From: the human T2T-CHM13v2.0 reference genome, Homo sapiens
Length of the DNA: 64,000 nucleotides
Direction: 5' to 3' (one strand)
NCBI RefSeq assembly: GCF_009914755.1
Contig: NC_060934.1
This document shows, piece by piece, positions 33,329-50,225 of the stretch. The number at the start of each line of letters is the position of its first letter. Position 1 is the stretch's first letter. Under the pieces are notes generated by a model that ran no database searches, was not told where the DNA came from, and saw only the letters and a program-made list of their open reading frames with translations. A program made the translations under genes and the position numbers.

Positions 33329-34374
33329 CTAGAAAACACACAGGCTTATTATTCCAAGCAAAAAGGCTAAAGTGAGTATCTCCAACTGTACTCAGGAAGT
33401 ACCAATTTGATGCAATTTGGAAATGCATCTCTCAGCAAAGCTTTTGTTTTGCTGGTTGCTTAGAATTGGCCACCAACCACATGGGTCTCTCTCTACCAAA
33501 CCCAGGAGTTTCCCAGAAGCTTGAAGTCTCCGAGGCTGTTGACCTGTATCAACTCCCCACAAAAATGAAATTATAGTGATACAGGCTGTGGCACAAAAGG
33601 CCTCAATCTCACTTGAAAGATCACCAAGAAAATTTAAGATTAGGAATAACTGGACCAAAATACTTTCTTTTCTAGAGTGAGAGTGTATCTTTGTGTGTTT
33701 TTATAGGGTCTTCCTTTCAGAATACTTGAGTCCTGCAGCAGGTTGGGGACAAAGGTGGCTTGGAAGACTTCAAGCCCTGCTTTGTCTGCAGCACTTCGCC
33801 CACCCACAATCCACTCTTCGGTGCTTTTGCTTTTGTGTTTTAATATGGTCAATTGATGCTTTTTCAATCTTATGGGAAACATGAGTGAAAACAAGTTTAA
33901 ACAACTCTTTGTTTTTATTAATTCGCATTATATAACATAGGCAAATCCTGTTTCATCAAACGTTCTCTTGCCTGACACTTAGCTCATTTCCACTCTGTCC
34001 CCACCCCAGTTTCAATGGCCACATGAGAGCTCTCATAAGTCATCAGCAAGACCAGCTGCAGCCTGCCACTCTTAATTAAGAGAGAAGTTGTGCCTTGCTG
34101 AGAAGAGAATGCAGAATGTGGGTCAAATCTCTATGACTCTCCGGCTCAGAATGGGAACAAAATTTCTGACACTAAAGTGTGTCATGGGTGCACACCCTAA
34201 ATAGAATCTGTGAATTTAGAATAATCCACTGATAATACCACAGTAATTAAAAAGAAACTGCAGCGATTAGGCTGGCTGTTGCTACCAATTTTGTGTCAGA
34301 TTGTTCTTTAAAGGTGCTTTTGTCCTTCCTTAGTTGCTCTTGAAAGATTTTAGAACCCTTGGAATAAACTATTT

Positions 34375-34376
<2 letters not shown>

Positions 34377-34408
<32 letters not shown>
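34377..34408. repeat. (CA)~16 microsatellite
   Basis: Read directly. Confidence 0.95.
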
Positions 34409-34411
<3 letters not shown>

Positions 34412-35167
34412 GCAAAGGTATGAATAAGCTATGAAAAGAAAGAGATTTAACCATATCAAGGACATCTCAGTTCGAGGTAATTTTTTTGTCTTTTTGCCTA
34501 GAAATCTGTCTCCATAGAAGCTGAAACAAAATATGGGGACAAAATGGGAAATAAAATTTAGGAGGGGGAGGAAATCAGAGTAATTCATAGTAATCTCACT
34601 GGAGACCAGATTTGATGAAGAGAGCTTCATCAAAAAGTTTTGTAAAAAGAAAAGAATAGATGGATGATCTTTGCATATTGAAGAACACCAGGAACTAATC
34701 TAAATCCAAGTTTCAAGAACTGGAGTTCTATGGCTCAGCTTTCTCTTGTCACCAAAGGAAAAGTTAAGAGATAGTTGGGTGACTTTTGGCAAGCAAAGGC
34801 CTTAAAGACTTCTGAGAATTTGAATCAATCTGGTCATATCTAATGCCACAAGAAATTGAAAATCTTATAGTCTATGTTCCTAGTGTCTAAGCAAGCACTC
34901 TGGCTTTCTAGACATTCTAAAATAGAATGTTTTCCTGATTACTTGGTTTTAAATGTACTTCCTATAAGAAGTCAGACCTGAGAAGTCAGACAGAGGTTCC
35001 CATGTGGATTGCAAAGGCCACCTCCCAAGCTGACCTCTTCTAGACTCCCCAGCACAACCTGAGCATTTGCTGTTTTCTTTAAGTATTCAACTTCCTAATG
35101 AACCAAGTCAATGGATTTTAAAGGACAATTTTAAACAAAGATTAAAGGAGCGAGGCCCATGGCTTAC

Positions 35168-35254
35168 CTTTGCTCTCTGATACATGGCCCGTCCTATAAT
35201 TTGTGTGCTGTCAAACATATCCTGTCCAGGTCCCTTAGCAATGCACATGCTAGG
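35168..35254 (-). CDS. ASAH2: Neutral ceramidase coding exon (PSMCIAK...YQRAK)
   Basis: 87 nt, TTCCAG| and |GTAAGC; inside ORF 35108..35395. Confidence 0.97.
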
Positions 35255-36938
35255 CTGGAACAAAATAAGATATGATGCATTCTTGGCCAAGTAAGAAATT
35301 ATTTTAAGGAATAAAGAATTATAACTGAATCTAAGCAAATAGATTTTTAAAACCACATTCTTGCATTTCTTTTCAGGTAGTCTCTCAAAGTACAAACTAT
35401 AAAAACAAAATCATACCTGGAATTAGAACAGTGAATGTCTTTAGAAATGATCTATTCTGGAGCCTTTCTTTTAAAAATAAGGAAATTGAGGCTCAGGTTA
35501 AAAGATGTGTTGCTGATTATGCAGGTATCTAATATCTGAGCTAAGACTTGAAGCCAGGTCTTTCTATTGACTGCACATCTTTCTACTTGCTTGTTCTTGC
35601 CTCTGATTCTTACTCATGATCACCTTAAATTGAAACTCGATTAAAATTATATTGGAACAACTAGCTGGACTTCTGGGGAAAAAAATCAATAAACAAATCT
35701 GGCTCTATTTCCTACTTCTTATGTCAGAAAAAATTGAGATTGATCAAGCACTTAAATATTATAAGTGGAATCAAAAAATTACTAAAAGAAAATATGGATA
35801 AACATATTTTGTAGTATGAGGGTGTGGGCAGACCCTCCTGAAAGTTATCTAGAACAAGCTTAGTTAAACTGGACAGGTAAAACATCTTAAATTTCCATAG
35901 GGGGCAAAAGACATAAATAAGACAGAAAGACAACTGATAAACTTTAGGAAAACTTTGTACTATTTTGACAAAACTAAGACTTTAATATATTAGGAGCTTT
36001 AAAAAGTCGATAAGAAAAAAATCTTTATTAATACTGGTTTAACCCCGTTGGGTGGAGTTGACTGGGATGGAATAAACATCCCAGAAATAGTATACAAAAA
36101 AAGCATTATCACAGGTGAAATGTTCTACAAACACAAAGAATAAGAACCCAAAAAGTAGCATCTACTGCTCATGTCAAAGTTGAAAACAAAGCTAAATGAA
36201 CATTGTGGGAGTTAAATAAATGATGGTATAGCCTAACTTGCTGTCTTTAAAACATATCACACAGATCTGGATATACTCATTGAAAAGTTTCTAAGACAAA
36301 TTAAGTGGAAAACTCAAGTCCTGGATACAAAACTCAAAATCCATAAATAAGTCATATAATGTTTTTTATAAATGCATAGGTAAATACATAGGAGGAGGTA
36401 TGAGAATAGTAACTTCTGGGAAGAGCAAAGTATAGAGGAAAGGGAGGCGAAGAGGGACTTTCACTTTTTACTATTCTCTGTACTTCCACATTATTTGAAT
36501 TTTTACAGCAATTTTTTTGCTTGTAATTTTTAAGAAAGGAGAAGCAATTTAGGTCTTATATTAAAAACCCTATAAACTTTATAATCCATGAGAAATGTCT
36601 CAGGCAGGCAATTTTTACTACAAACTTGTGACTTTCGAAATGCCAAAGCAAAATGTTTCAGATTGAACAAGTTTGGGGAAGGGTAGAGTTAATCTCTGAC
36701 AGTTACTGAATTGTCTCACCATTCAAAAAACTTAACAGTCACTCAAATGGAAAAATATAACTTCACTCAGTTAAAATTTACTGGGTTTGGACAGGTGCTT
36801 TTGAGAAGAGCAGATGCTAGGGAGAACTAGGCCAGTGTATACTAGAAGACAAGGTATTTGTAAATTAATGATAAATATTCAAACATAAAATGTATTTGAG
36901 ATGCAAAAACAAAGATTTCATGTGCCATAATTACCTAC

Positions 36939-37064
36939 CCCACCAATGGGACAAGTGCTATTGGCGTTATCACAGGACTCTCCTGTGTTGATGCAACGTG
37001 GTCCAAGAATGTTGGGGGACACATCTCCTAGGTTTGATGAAGCAAAGGCTGCTACAAATGGCCC
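36939..37064 (-). CDS. ASAH2: Neutral ceramidase coding exon (GPFVAAF...CPIGG) with GDVSPN motif
   Basis: 126 nt, GGCAG| and |GTAGGT; encodes conserved NLGDVSPN. Confidence 0.97.
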
Positions 37065-37206
37065 CTGCCAAAAGAAATGCCAAGTTGCCTTTTATTCTTT
37101 CCTATTTCCTGTAATGAATGCCATTAGAAATACAAACATTAAATCCACTCTGGCAAACTATTCAAAATCATTTGCAGGCAATAAAAAGAGGATATAAAAT
37201 ATTCTG

Positions 37207-38521
<1,315 letters not shown>

Positions 38522-39134
38522 AAAATATTCTGAGAAAACTTTTTATTCCTGTAAAGGCTCACATTACAGTCGGTATACATATTATTACTGAAAATATTCC
38601 AATTATCACTGATTCAAGTGGGAGAGTTTCAAATTATGCCTCAAACAGAAATATTTTAACCAGAAACACTGTGTGCAACAACAAATTATAAAATGCTGAC
38701 CAGTCAATCTAGTCTATTGTGTTTTATCTGGAGCTCAGAGATCCCTTTGCCCTTTAAAAATAAATATGCTCTTGGCTTAAACAGAAAAAAGCAAATACAG
38801 ACTTTCCTGTTGCACAATGAAACTAAATATACCATCCACAATCTGGACTTGCCCTTGATGTATATTTTCTCTCTCTTCAACATAATTAGAGCCATGCAAG
38901 TCCTCTGCCTCAACCCAACCACTCTACCATTCTACCTTAAATGGCTCTAATTTTCTTAGGGAAAGAGATAACTAAGTATTGGAGATATAAATCTTTTTTG
39001 ATACTAAAGAGATAATTTATTTCATAGTGCCTAGCACTCAGGCAGTGATCATAAATAGAAAACTCTCTTCTTTTCCCTAAAATGCAGGCTAAAGTGAGAA
39101 AATAGTAAGAGTGAGTTTTGCCAACAAAGGAGCT

Positions 39135-39924
<790 letters not shown>

Positions 39925-40035
39925 GAGCTAAATGATCAGGCTGAATGTTAATGGAAGCTAATATCTTTATAAGGGAATATTAATTGTAGGTAAGGGCCTG
40001 GGACTCTTATCCCATTATATAGTCTTCCAAATTTG

Positions 40036-40340
40036 GGCCTGGAGCAGTGGCTCATGCCTGTAATCATAACATTTTGGGAGGCCGAGGTGGGCAGATGACT
40101 TGAGGTTAGGAGTTCAAGACCAGCCTGACCAACATGGCGAAACCCTGTCTCTACTAAAAATACAAAAATTAGCTGGGCGTGGGGGTGTGCACCTGTAATT
40201 TCACCTACTCAGGAGACTGAGGCACAAGAGTTGCTGAACCTGGGAGGCAGAGGTTTCAATGAGCTGAGATCGTGCCACTGCACTCCAGCTTGGGTGATAG
40301 AGTGAAACTCTGTCTCAAAAAATAAAAATAAAAATAAAAA
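40036..40340 (+). mobile_element. Alu (S-type)
   Basis: Full dimer with (AAAAAT)n tail. Confidence 0.96.
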
Positions 40341-40703
40341 TGGTGCTTAATCCTTGTATAGCTCTAAAAACAAAAGTAAATATCAACAGTTTGTCATATT
40401 TTCAGCTTAATCAAAAACTACTGTTATAAAAATCTTGAACTTTGCCCTTCCTTATTCAACTAATAACTTTATGAAGCAATGAATACAAGGACTATGTAAC
40501 ACAAAAAGCAAATGGTTAGTACTCATTTTTTATTTTTCTTTCCACATTAGGGAGGATGGTAAATGCTGTCTATTCGAGCATACCAATATGTGAGATTGAT
40601 GATGACACTTTATTCTGGAGATTTGAATCACCTCTTCTGAATGCAGCATGAATGATGACACTCAGTGAATCAAGATGAAGCTTTCAATGATATAAATTCT
40701 CAC

Positions 40704-40824
40704 CTGTCCAGGTAGATATCCTTTGTTCTTCTCTTGCTCAAGCAGGTAAGATGCATAGCCCACATTGTCACTGTTTACAAGATGGTTACTGTTGTTCATG
40801 CTGACCGGGTGGATGGCAAACCAG
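40704..40824 (-). CDS. ASAH2: Neutral ceramidase coding exon (WFAIHPVSM...YLPGQ)
   Basis: 121 nt, TACAG| and |GTGAGA; WFAIHP and SDNVGYA motifs. Confidence 0.97.
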
Positions 40825-42502
40825 CTGTAAAAGAGCAGGAAGCTCTAAATTAATCAGGAGAACCAGAGAACTGGGGCCAAGAACTATGACTGGGAGCTTA
40901 AGTTTTCTCCAGCAGGAAAAAATATTTTTAAATAATAGACATTCTACATCTACATTCTTTCATTGTTCATGGGCTTAAAAATACAATGCAAAAAATGTAC
41001 TCAAGAAGTCTGATCATTTTCTTAAATTAAAAATACAAAACTCCATTTTCATGACTATTTCATCATTGGCATCATCATTGGACTGGTCAGTTACCAGATG
41101 ACATACCTAAAGAACTGTATATACATGGACTTTGTCCTTCAAGATAGGCACACAGGTAGTAATTATTCAAATTTATCCAATCCGACATTTACTAAGGGTT
41201 ACCTGTATGCTAAGCACTGAATAAACTGTGGTTTACTTTCAGAATCTCACCAAAGACACAGATGTGAACAAATGGCTTTAACACAGTGTGACAAACGTTG
41301 CGAAGAAACAGGCATAAAGTGTTCAGGGACCACAGATGACTAACAATTAATTCTTGTGGGCATTACAGGGAGAGGAAACAGCAGGGTAAATGCACAGAGG
41401 TGTAAAAGAGGATGTTAGGCATAATTCAGTATATCCTTATGCCTAGTAATACCTTGTTTAAGTGTAAAGTTATACAGTTTACAAACTAATTTCACATCTG
41501 TTACCTTATTTGAACTTCACACAACTCTGAGAGACAGGCTGTTTTACCTCTACTCTGCATAGGTGACCCAGAGAAGCAAAATAATGGTCCACTGTTCACA
41601 GAGGCCCAGGACTCAAGTCTGGGTCTTGTGACACCGTGTCCAGTGGCCTTTGTAGGCTCAAACCCTCACACAGGTGAAAAGGATATTTACAGAGTGGAAG
41701 GCAGTAAAGCAGATTAACTGGAACGCTCAAGAAAAGAGAGATGCTAGTTCATAAACTGTCAGGTTAACTTAGAATTTAAAAAAAAAATTGTTGATTCAAT
41801 TCTTTGTTGAAAAATCTTTAAACGTTTTTGCTTACATTCCTACCTAAGCAATGTAATGCACAAAACTAAGCATCTATTTAATGGCTAGAAAGGGTTTAGG
41901 ACTTCAAGATCATCTTTCAAGCATCAGTTCTTATTGCCTATCAGAAGCAGATGTAGGGCAGAGGTGGCCTGCTCAAAGCCCATTGGCTCTACGCAGGCAA
42001 CACAAATGAGTCATGCTAGTTGGTACAATAGGGACTGGTGTGGACTGTAGAAAACTTGCAGTGTCTAAAGTTCACAGCCTCTACTCAGCTCCAGCCAAGT
42101 GTTGCCTTATGGGAGTATAAACCAGTGCTTCCAGCTCTTCTCCTTTATTCAAAAGGGGCCACAAATCCATGTTTTCATATGTATTTATCAACTTTAAAAT
42201 TCTTCAGGAAGTAAATGGCATGGAAACAAAGGACGGGAACTGCTATACATTAAGAGACTTAAAACTTGTAGCCAACAAATGTAGTTTGTGATCTGATTCA
42301 AACAAAACAACTATTTGAAACAAACAAACAAAAAAAGACTTTTTGATATAATCAGGGAAGACCGAACACAGATTGGGTGTCAGATCATATTAAGAAATTA
42401 ATTTTAATTTTGTTGGTTGTAATAAATGATTGGGGTTACATATTTTTTAAAGTCTTTATCTGATGAAGATAAATACTGAAATATTTATGAGTGAATTGTA
42501 TC

Positions 42503-42968
42503 TAAAGACACATGGACACGTATGTTCGTTGCAGCACTATTCACAATAGCAAGACATGAAATCAACCTAAATGCCCGTCAGTGATAGACTAGATAAAGGA
42601 AATGTGGTACATATACACCGTGGAATACTATGCAGCCATAAAAAGAACATTATGAATATGTCCTTTGCCGGAACATAGATGGAGCTGGAGGCCATTACTC
42701 TTAGCAAACAAACACAGGAACAGAAAACCAAATACCACATGTTCTCACTTATAAGTGGGAACTGAATGATGAGAACACATGGACCAACAGATGCTGGGGC
42801 TTATTGGAGAGTGAAGGGTGGAAGGAGGGAGAAGATTAGGAAAAATAACTAATGGGTACTAGGCTTAATACCTGGGCGATGAAATAATCTGTACAATGAA
42901 GCCCCATGACACACATTTACCTATGTAACCAACCCGCAAATGTACTCCTGAACTTAAAATAAAAGTTA
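42503..42968 (+). mobile_element. L1PA (older, PA13-16-like) 3' fragment within an older L1M relic
   Basis: L1 3' UTR gggtactaggcttaatacctggg...gaacttaaaataaaagtt. Confidence 0.88.
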
Positions 42969-43810
42969 AGTTTTTAAAAAAGAAGTATATAATGTCCTGG
43001 TATTTGCTTTCAAATACTCTAGCCAAAAAAAAAAAAAAAAAAAAAGTGAGGGGAAGGATAAAACAGAATGACAGAGTCTTGCTAATTATTGAATCTGGGC
43101 AATAAGTTATATGGAGATTCATTACATTAATCACTGTAGGCATTCGAAAATTTCTATGTAGTTTCTTTTTTCATGTTGGCATCCATTTTGAATTTTTCAA
43201 AACACAATGTCAAGCCAAATCACCAATGAGTGAGCTGAATTCAGTCCCTGACATGGTTATTTGCCCCTGTGCTAAGGAATAAACATTTATTGGGCTGAAG
43301 ATATTCTAAGAGTCATCCCCTCGCAGTTATTTGCAAGGTGTTTACATTTAGGAATATTCTTCTATTAGGTTTGTGTGTGTGGTTTTGTCTCTTTCTCTTA
43401 GAACTCAAGTATCAGGAAATTCTAATCAACTAGTGTTTTCCAGTTACATGGATTTTGCTTTTTTGGAGTTTCTTTAGTTTGGAAGAAAATGTGGTGGTAG
43501 CATTTTGGCTTCCCAACCAAAACATTTCCATCTGATACCATCACACTGAGGTCAGCCAGCTTCAGCCAACACTGAATATTTCCATTACAATCAAAGAAAA
43601 ACCATAGAACTATTCTGCTGACATTATTTAGCTCTTATTAGACAAAGGACTTTATGTACAAGATCTCATTTTATTCTCACAGGGAACCCTTTGAGTCAAG
43701 TACTATCATTATCTTCATTCTGCAACTAAGAAAACTAAGTCCCAGAGTGGTAACGTTACCTGACCTAGGTCACACAATGGTAAGTCAAGAAGCAGAGCAA
43801 TGAATTCAGG

Positions 43811-43812
<2 letters not shown>

Positions 43813-43849
<37 letters not shown>

Positions 43850-43884
43850 GATAGATAGATGATAGATAGATAGATAGATGGATG

Positions 43885-43916
<32 letters not shown>

Positions 43917-43932
43917 CAGATAGAGATAGAGA
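43813..43932. repeat. Compound (GT)n(GATA)n microsatellite
   Basis: Read directly. Confidence 0.96.
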
Positions 43933-44473
43933 TATATGCTCTTATCCACTGTGGAATCCTGGTTCTGTCCCTTCTCTTCATTCACTTGCTCATTCACTAC
44001 ACATTTGGTTAACTTTGACTCTGTGCCAGCCACCAGGAACATAAAGATAAATGAGGTATCATCTTGGCCTTGAGACATGCTTCACAAAAGAAGTGACACT
44101 TGAGCTAGGTCTTAAAAGATGAGGAAGAGCTACGCAAAGGAATCACTAGATAACGAGTACTCCTAGCAGAGGAAATAACATCTGCAAAGGCATGGAGATA
44201 TGAAGGAGGGCCCTGTGTTCAGAGAATGGATAGTCAGGGCGGCCAGAGCAGAATGGATATGGACAAGGAAAGATGGCAGCTGTATCATTCATTCAATCAG
44301 AGTGAATTTATTGGGAATCATGTTGATTGGCATTGTGTGAAGGATCGTAAAGAGGAATCAGATGCATTTCCTACCATCAAGGACCTTGCACAATTGGCCA
44401 CAATGGTAACTATGGAGAAAGCATGTACTAAGAATTTCACTCTACTAGTTAGATATAGACTTGATTTCTTCTT

Positions 44474-44760
44474 CTTTTGAAAAAGTGTCTCACTCTGTTG
44501 CCCAGGCTGGAGTGCAGTGGTGCAATCATGGCTCACTTCAGCCTTGACCTCCTAGACTCAAGTGGTCCTCCTACTTCAGCCGCCCAAGTAGCTGGCACTA
44601 CAGATGTGCACCACCATGCCAAGTTAATTCTTTTTATTTTTTGTAGAGATGGGGTCTCACTATGTTGCCCAGGCTGATCTCCAACTCCAGAGCTCAAGCG
44701 ATCCTCCTGCCTCACCTTCCTAAAGTACTGCTTTTACAGGCATGAGCCACCACACCTGGC
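44474..44760 (-). mobile_element. Alu (J-type) with very short tail
   Basis: Reverse Alu; TSD TTGATTTCTTCTT at 44461-44473 and 44761-44773. Confidence 0.94.
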
Positions 44761-45797
44761 TTGATTTCTTCTTTATTCCATTTATTTTAAGCCTCAGAAA
44801 ATAAACTGAACTTTTTCTCTAGAAAATTAAAATAAAATAAGTGTTCAGAAAAAAGTTATTTAAATTGAAGGAAAGGAAGATGTCATATTTTTCCTCCATT
44901 GTCCTTTGAAATGTGCACTATTAAAATAGCAAACTTGTCACAGCAACCAAAGTACTATAGTTATGGATGAATATTTATAAAGATATGCAGAAAGGTGATC
45001 ATTTTAATTTTAAAACACAGTACTTATATTTTATTTTATCTGGCCAAAAAATATTTTTCCAAGCAAAGTTCAAAAGAAAGGAAGAAAGCTTTAGTTTCAG
45101 AAGTTAAGAATTCAGACATAAAAGGATGAATACATCTCTAATAATAAGCATTTTTAAATAATGCTTATGTCACAGCTAAATGTAAAATAGGAAGCAAGGT
45201 GCTACTTGAATCAGCATGATGTAATTAAAAATACAGCAGAAAGTCAGGAGATTGGGGACCTTATCCTAGTTTGTAGCAAAATTAGTCAAAATTTCTGGAC
45301 TAAAATTTAAAAATTATTGAGACTGAAAAATAATAGATTTCAAGTATTATAGAATCAGTAAACAACATATTAATATAAAACACTACAATTTTTTTTTCCT
45401 TCTGTGTAAAGGAGGCATTTGGAGAAAAAGATCTCTAGTGATTCAGATATTGCATGTGCCCTACTCTGAAACAAAGGTAAAAGCAGATTCCATGCACTCA
45501 GACCTGGGCCTCCATGTCCAGTGTGCAAGCTGTGCCCTGTACAAAGAACACTGGCAAAGGGGGTAAGTAGGTGGTTAAATCCAGCCTCTGTGCAGCTCAC
45601 TGAGCCTGGCACTTCAGCCAGCCCAGAAAAGAGGATGCGTTTGTGTAACTTAGACAAAGGTTCTACGTGCTAGCATGGCCCTCCCCGACCTAAACGCCCA
45701 CAAATAGGGAAATAGAATACTGTGTATCCATTCAAAGGTACGTTCATGAAGATTCATAGCAACATGGGAGCTCTTTAGGAAATAAAATATAGGAGGC

Positions 45798-46255
45798 TGT
45801 AATGGGTTGAATAGTGTCACTCAAAAATGCATGCTCATCTGGAACCTCAGAATGTGACTTACTTGCAAATATGGGTTTTATAGATGTAATCAAGGTAAAG
45901 ATTAAGTGATATTATACTGACCGCATGTAGGCTCTAAATCCAATGACTAGCATCGTTACAAGAGGAAAGGAACAGAGAGAAACCCAGAGACATAGAGAAC
46001 AAGGTGATATGAAGATGGGGGCACAGATTGGAGGGATGTGTCTACAAGCCAATGAAGCCAAGGATTGATGGCAACCACTAGAAGCTAAAAGACATGCATG
46101 GAACAGATTCCCCCCTTAGAGCCTCCAGAAGGAACCAACCCTGCTAATGCCTTGAATTTGGACTTCTGGCCTCCTGACCTGTGAGAGAATAAATTTCTGT
46201 TGTTTTAAGCCACCTAGTCTTTGATAATGTGTGGCTTCCCTAGGAAACTAATACA
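45798..46255 (+). mobile_element. MLT1B/C-type MaLR solo LTR
   Basis: TG...CA ends, 5-bp TSD GAGGC, aataaatttctgttgttttaagcc. Confidence 0.92.
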
Positions 46256-47351
46256 GAGGCTAATATTGTGTTACAGTAGCTGAAAATACCAGCTCTGGGG
46301 TCAGACATGAGTTACTTAATTTATTTGAACCTCAGTGTTCATACCTGTAACATAATGATAATAGTAGTACCTGCATTTGACAATTAAAATAACTAATACA
46401 TGTGAGGTGCTTAGCACAAAGACTGGCTGATACCAAGAATGGAATAAATGTTCACTACAAGAATATTGGTGATGCTATACTGATACTACTGCTGCTGCAG
46501 CTGCAGATGATGATAATGATGATAAAGGAAAGAGATACAAAGCTCTGAGCATAAATAAATATATATATATACAAATATATATATGATTCGTAAGATTAAT
46601 ACAATGTTAAATATATGGGGGCGGTGTTCAACATTCGCAACACATGTATATTCAACCCACATGGTATGGGCATGAAATGATTCAGTGAGGATAGCCTGCC
46701 CTCTTGTGACAGAGACGTGAGTGCTCACAAAATGCCCATGTGCTCTTCTATTTCCCAGTCTCATTTGCAAGGTGGGGCGTGTGAATACCTCTGACTAATA
46801 ACATGTGTGCAGAAGGACTACCCAATCTTCACTAGACTTTCCATGAGTGGAAAATAAGTCTTCAATGTGTTAAGCCACTGGAATTTCACATTCTATCTTG
46901 TGTGGCACTTGCCATTAATTACCTTCACACCCTCGTTTTCACTCCCTCACAATCATCCTCACCCCAACCCACTGCAAACTGTTTGGAGAAGAAGAGGAAA
47001 GGGTGTTTCATTGTCTTATACTGGAAGGATTATTGGGCCCAGACTTTTACCTAAAAGGCAAGCTAAATTTTAAACCAGCAGAAGAAAAGAATACACACCG
47101 GACTGCTCAGATTTTAAAAAGATAATGAGCTCTAGCCAGAAGAGCCCTCCTAAAGTTACAGGCACACCTGGGACAAGCATCCTGCAGAATATTTCTACCA
47201 ACTCCACCCCAGAGAAGTGATGTACGTTCTCAAGGAATCCTTTTGTTATCTTCAAAAATCCTGAATGAAAAAGACCTTCTAAATAACAATATTGGAGAAA
47301 TATCTCATTAGGGTAAATTCCATTAAGTTACAGCAGTCAAAATCCTTGCAC

Positions 47352-47621
47352 CACGCCTTTAGTCCCAGCACTTTGGGAGGCCAAGGCAGGAGTTTGAAAC
47401 CAGCCTGGCCAACATGGCAAAACCCCATCTCTACTAAAAATATAAAAATTAGCCGGGAATGACAGCGCACAGCTGTAATCCCAGCTACTGGGGAGGCTGA
47501 GGCAGGAGAATCACTTGAACCCCCAGGAGGCAGAGGTTGCAGTGAGCTGAGATCACGCCACTGTACTCCAGGCTGGGCGACAGGGCGAGACTCTGTCAAA
47601 CAATAAAAATTAAAAAATTAA
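47352..47621 (+). mobile_element. Alu, 5'-truncated with short left-arm deletion
   Basis: TSD AAAATCCTTGCAC at 47339-47351 and 47622-47634. Confidence 0.94.
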
Positions 47622-47953
47622 AAAATCCTTGCACATTACATGGTAAGTGCAACAAGAAACAGGAAATGGCCAATAGACTATTGTTTTTTTATTTGAGCCA
47701 AACCGTGAATTGAAGAAATTCAAAGGAAAACAACAGTGATTTGACTTTTTTAAGCCTGTTACTTGGCAACAATTGTAAAGCATGGTCATACTAAGATTGG
47801 CAAGAGTATGACAAACAACATTCTGCTCAAGTTTGAGTAATGGGAGAGTAAACCAACAAAGGGGTGTTGGGCAATTTATAGGAAAAGCTTTAAAATATAA
47901 ACATTCTCTTTGGCTCAGGAATCCCATTCTAGGAATTTAGCTTAAGGAAATCA

Positions 47954-48330
<377 letters not shown>

Positions 48331-50225
48331 CTAAATAACAAATGATTGCTGATTAGTTGAGTACATTATGATACATAGAATGGAATACTACATGGCAATT
48401 TTTAAATGGTGATTTAAAAAATACTAACTGGCATTGAAAGATATTCATAAGGTATTGCTAAATTAAAAATAGAGTTAACAAACTGTAAATATAATAAAAT
48501 CCCACTTTTTAAGAAAAATATTATAAATGTGCTTAGAAAAAGTCTGAAAGACTATGTAACAAACTTTTAATAGAAGCTGGCTCTGAGTGTCAGGATCTCC
48601 ACACGATTTTTTGACTTTTTAATTTTTTTCTTACTGTGGAAATTTTAGAAAATATATAAAAGAAAAGAAGATTTTAAAAATTACTTGATACAACACCAAG
48701 AATGAACCCTAAGGTAAACTATGGGTGATGATGATGTGTCAATGTAGGTTCATCAGTTATAAGGAATGTACTACTCTGGTTGGGGATATTGATAGTGAGG
48801 GAGGCTGTGCATGTATTGGAAGAAGGTGCATATAGGAAATCTCTGTACTTCCTGCTCAATTTTGCTGTAAACCTGAAACTGCTTTTAAAAATATAGTTTA
48901 TTAATTAAATAATAATAAAGTCTATTGAAAAAAAAACTATGCCCAGCACTGGCACGGTATCATTTCTGCATTGTTCTATTGTTCAAAGCAGTCACAGGAC
49001 CAGCCAAAGTTCAAGAACTAGGAAAATAATCTCCACCTTTTAATGGAGAGTGGCAAGGTCACTTTGGATAAAACATGGAATAAGAGCAATTGTTGTGTTG
49101 TTGCAGCCATTTTTATAAACTACAATCTGCCATTTAAATATATATTTTAAAAATAGCTATCAATCCAAAAAAAGTAAGAGATGAGAAAGGAGGAAAAAGA
49201 AGCACTGAAAAGGTGAGACAAATAGCACAAAGTGAGGAGATACAGAAAAGTTCAGATATAATAATCACAATTCCTGAAAATACACTAAATTCACTTAAAA
49301 AACAATGATTGTCAGAGTACAAAAGAAATAACTAAAGCTATATGATATTCATAAGAGACACCCTTAAAATGTAAGAATAAAGAACGGTTCAAAGAAAATG
49401 ATAGAAAAATATACATGGCAAATTCTGGGTTAGCCACATTAACAGACTATGTAGACTTTAAGACAAAAAAAACACATTATTAGATAAGAAGAGGATCACT
49501 GCAAAAACAAACAGATACTTGATGGTCTCAGTACATGGAGATAACATTGTTAATATTTTTATAGTATTTTAAAGCTTCTAGTGCACAGTGAGTGAAACCA
49601 AGTGAGCATTCACGTTTACAGAATGAGCTTTTAGTCATGTGTATTTCTTATTATATGTTCCACATAGAAAAATGAACAGAAGCAAATGCACCTGAATATT
49701 AACCATGATTGATTCGAGGTAGTATAATTTTAATTTAATTTTTCCTTCCTTTCTACTTTCTTTATTTTTCAAGTTTTCTATGGTAAGCACACACTATTTT
49801 TATACTGAAAAAAAACTTAGAAAAAAATAATAATCTCCCAGATTTTTTTCAGGTTAAGTAAGAACTTTCCAGAAATCTAACAATCAAGTTGTCCAATATC
49901 TCCAGCCAACTATTTTTTTATGGCTTTGGTTTCTAAACTTGGGACAATTTAAACTACACTAGGCTGATCAATCTTTGTTATCAGTCAACAGTCACCATCT
50001 TGGTCATCTAAAAGCCCTTTTAGGCACCTTCACCTACGGGGCAGGGGAGAGGGGTGAACCTGACCCAGGATGAAAGCTCACTTCACAACCATGACCAAGC
50101 TCCACTGAAGAAGAATACAGGCAAACAGAAAGTAAAGTTAGAGCAGGAAGACAGCATCAAGCTTCACAACATGGAGCGGAACAAGAAAAAGAGGTTCAGT
50201 GAAAGATATAGAAAAAGAAAGCAGG

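Noticed and set aside
43813-43932. Regular repeat array
   Set aside because: Simple microsatellite with no spacers; not CRISPR-like
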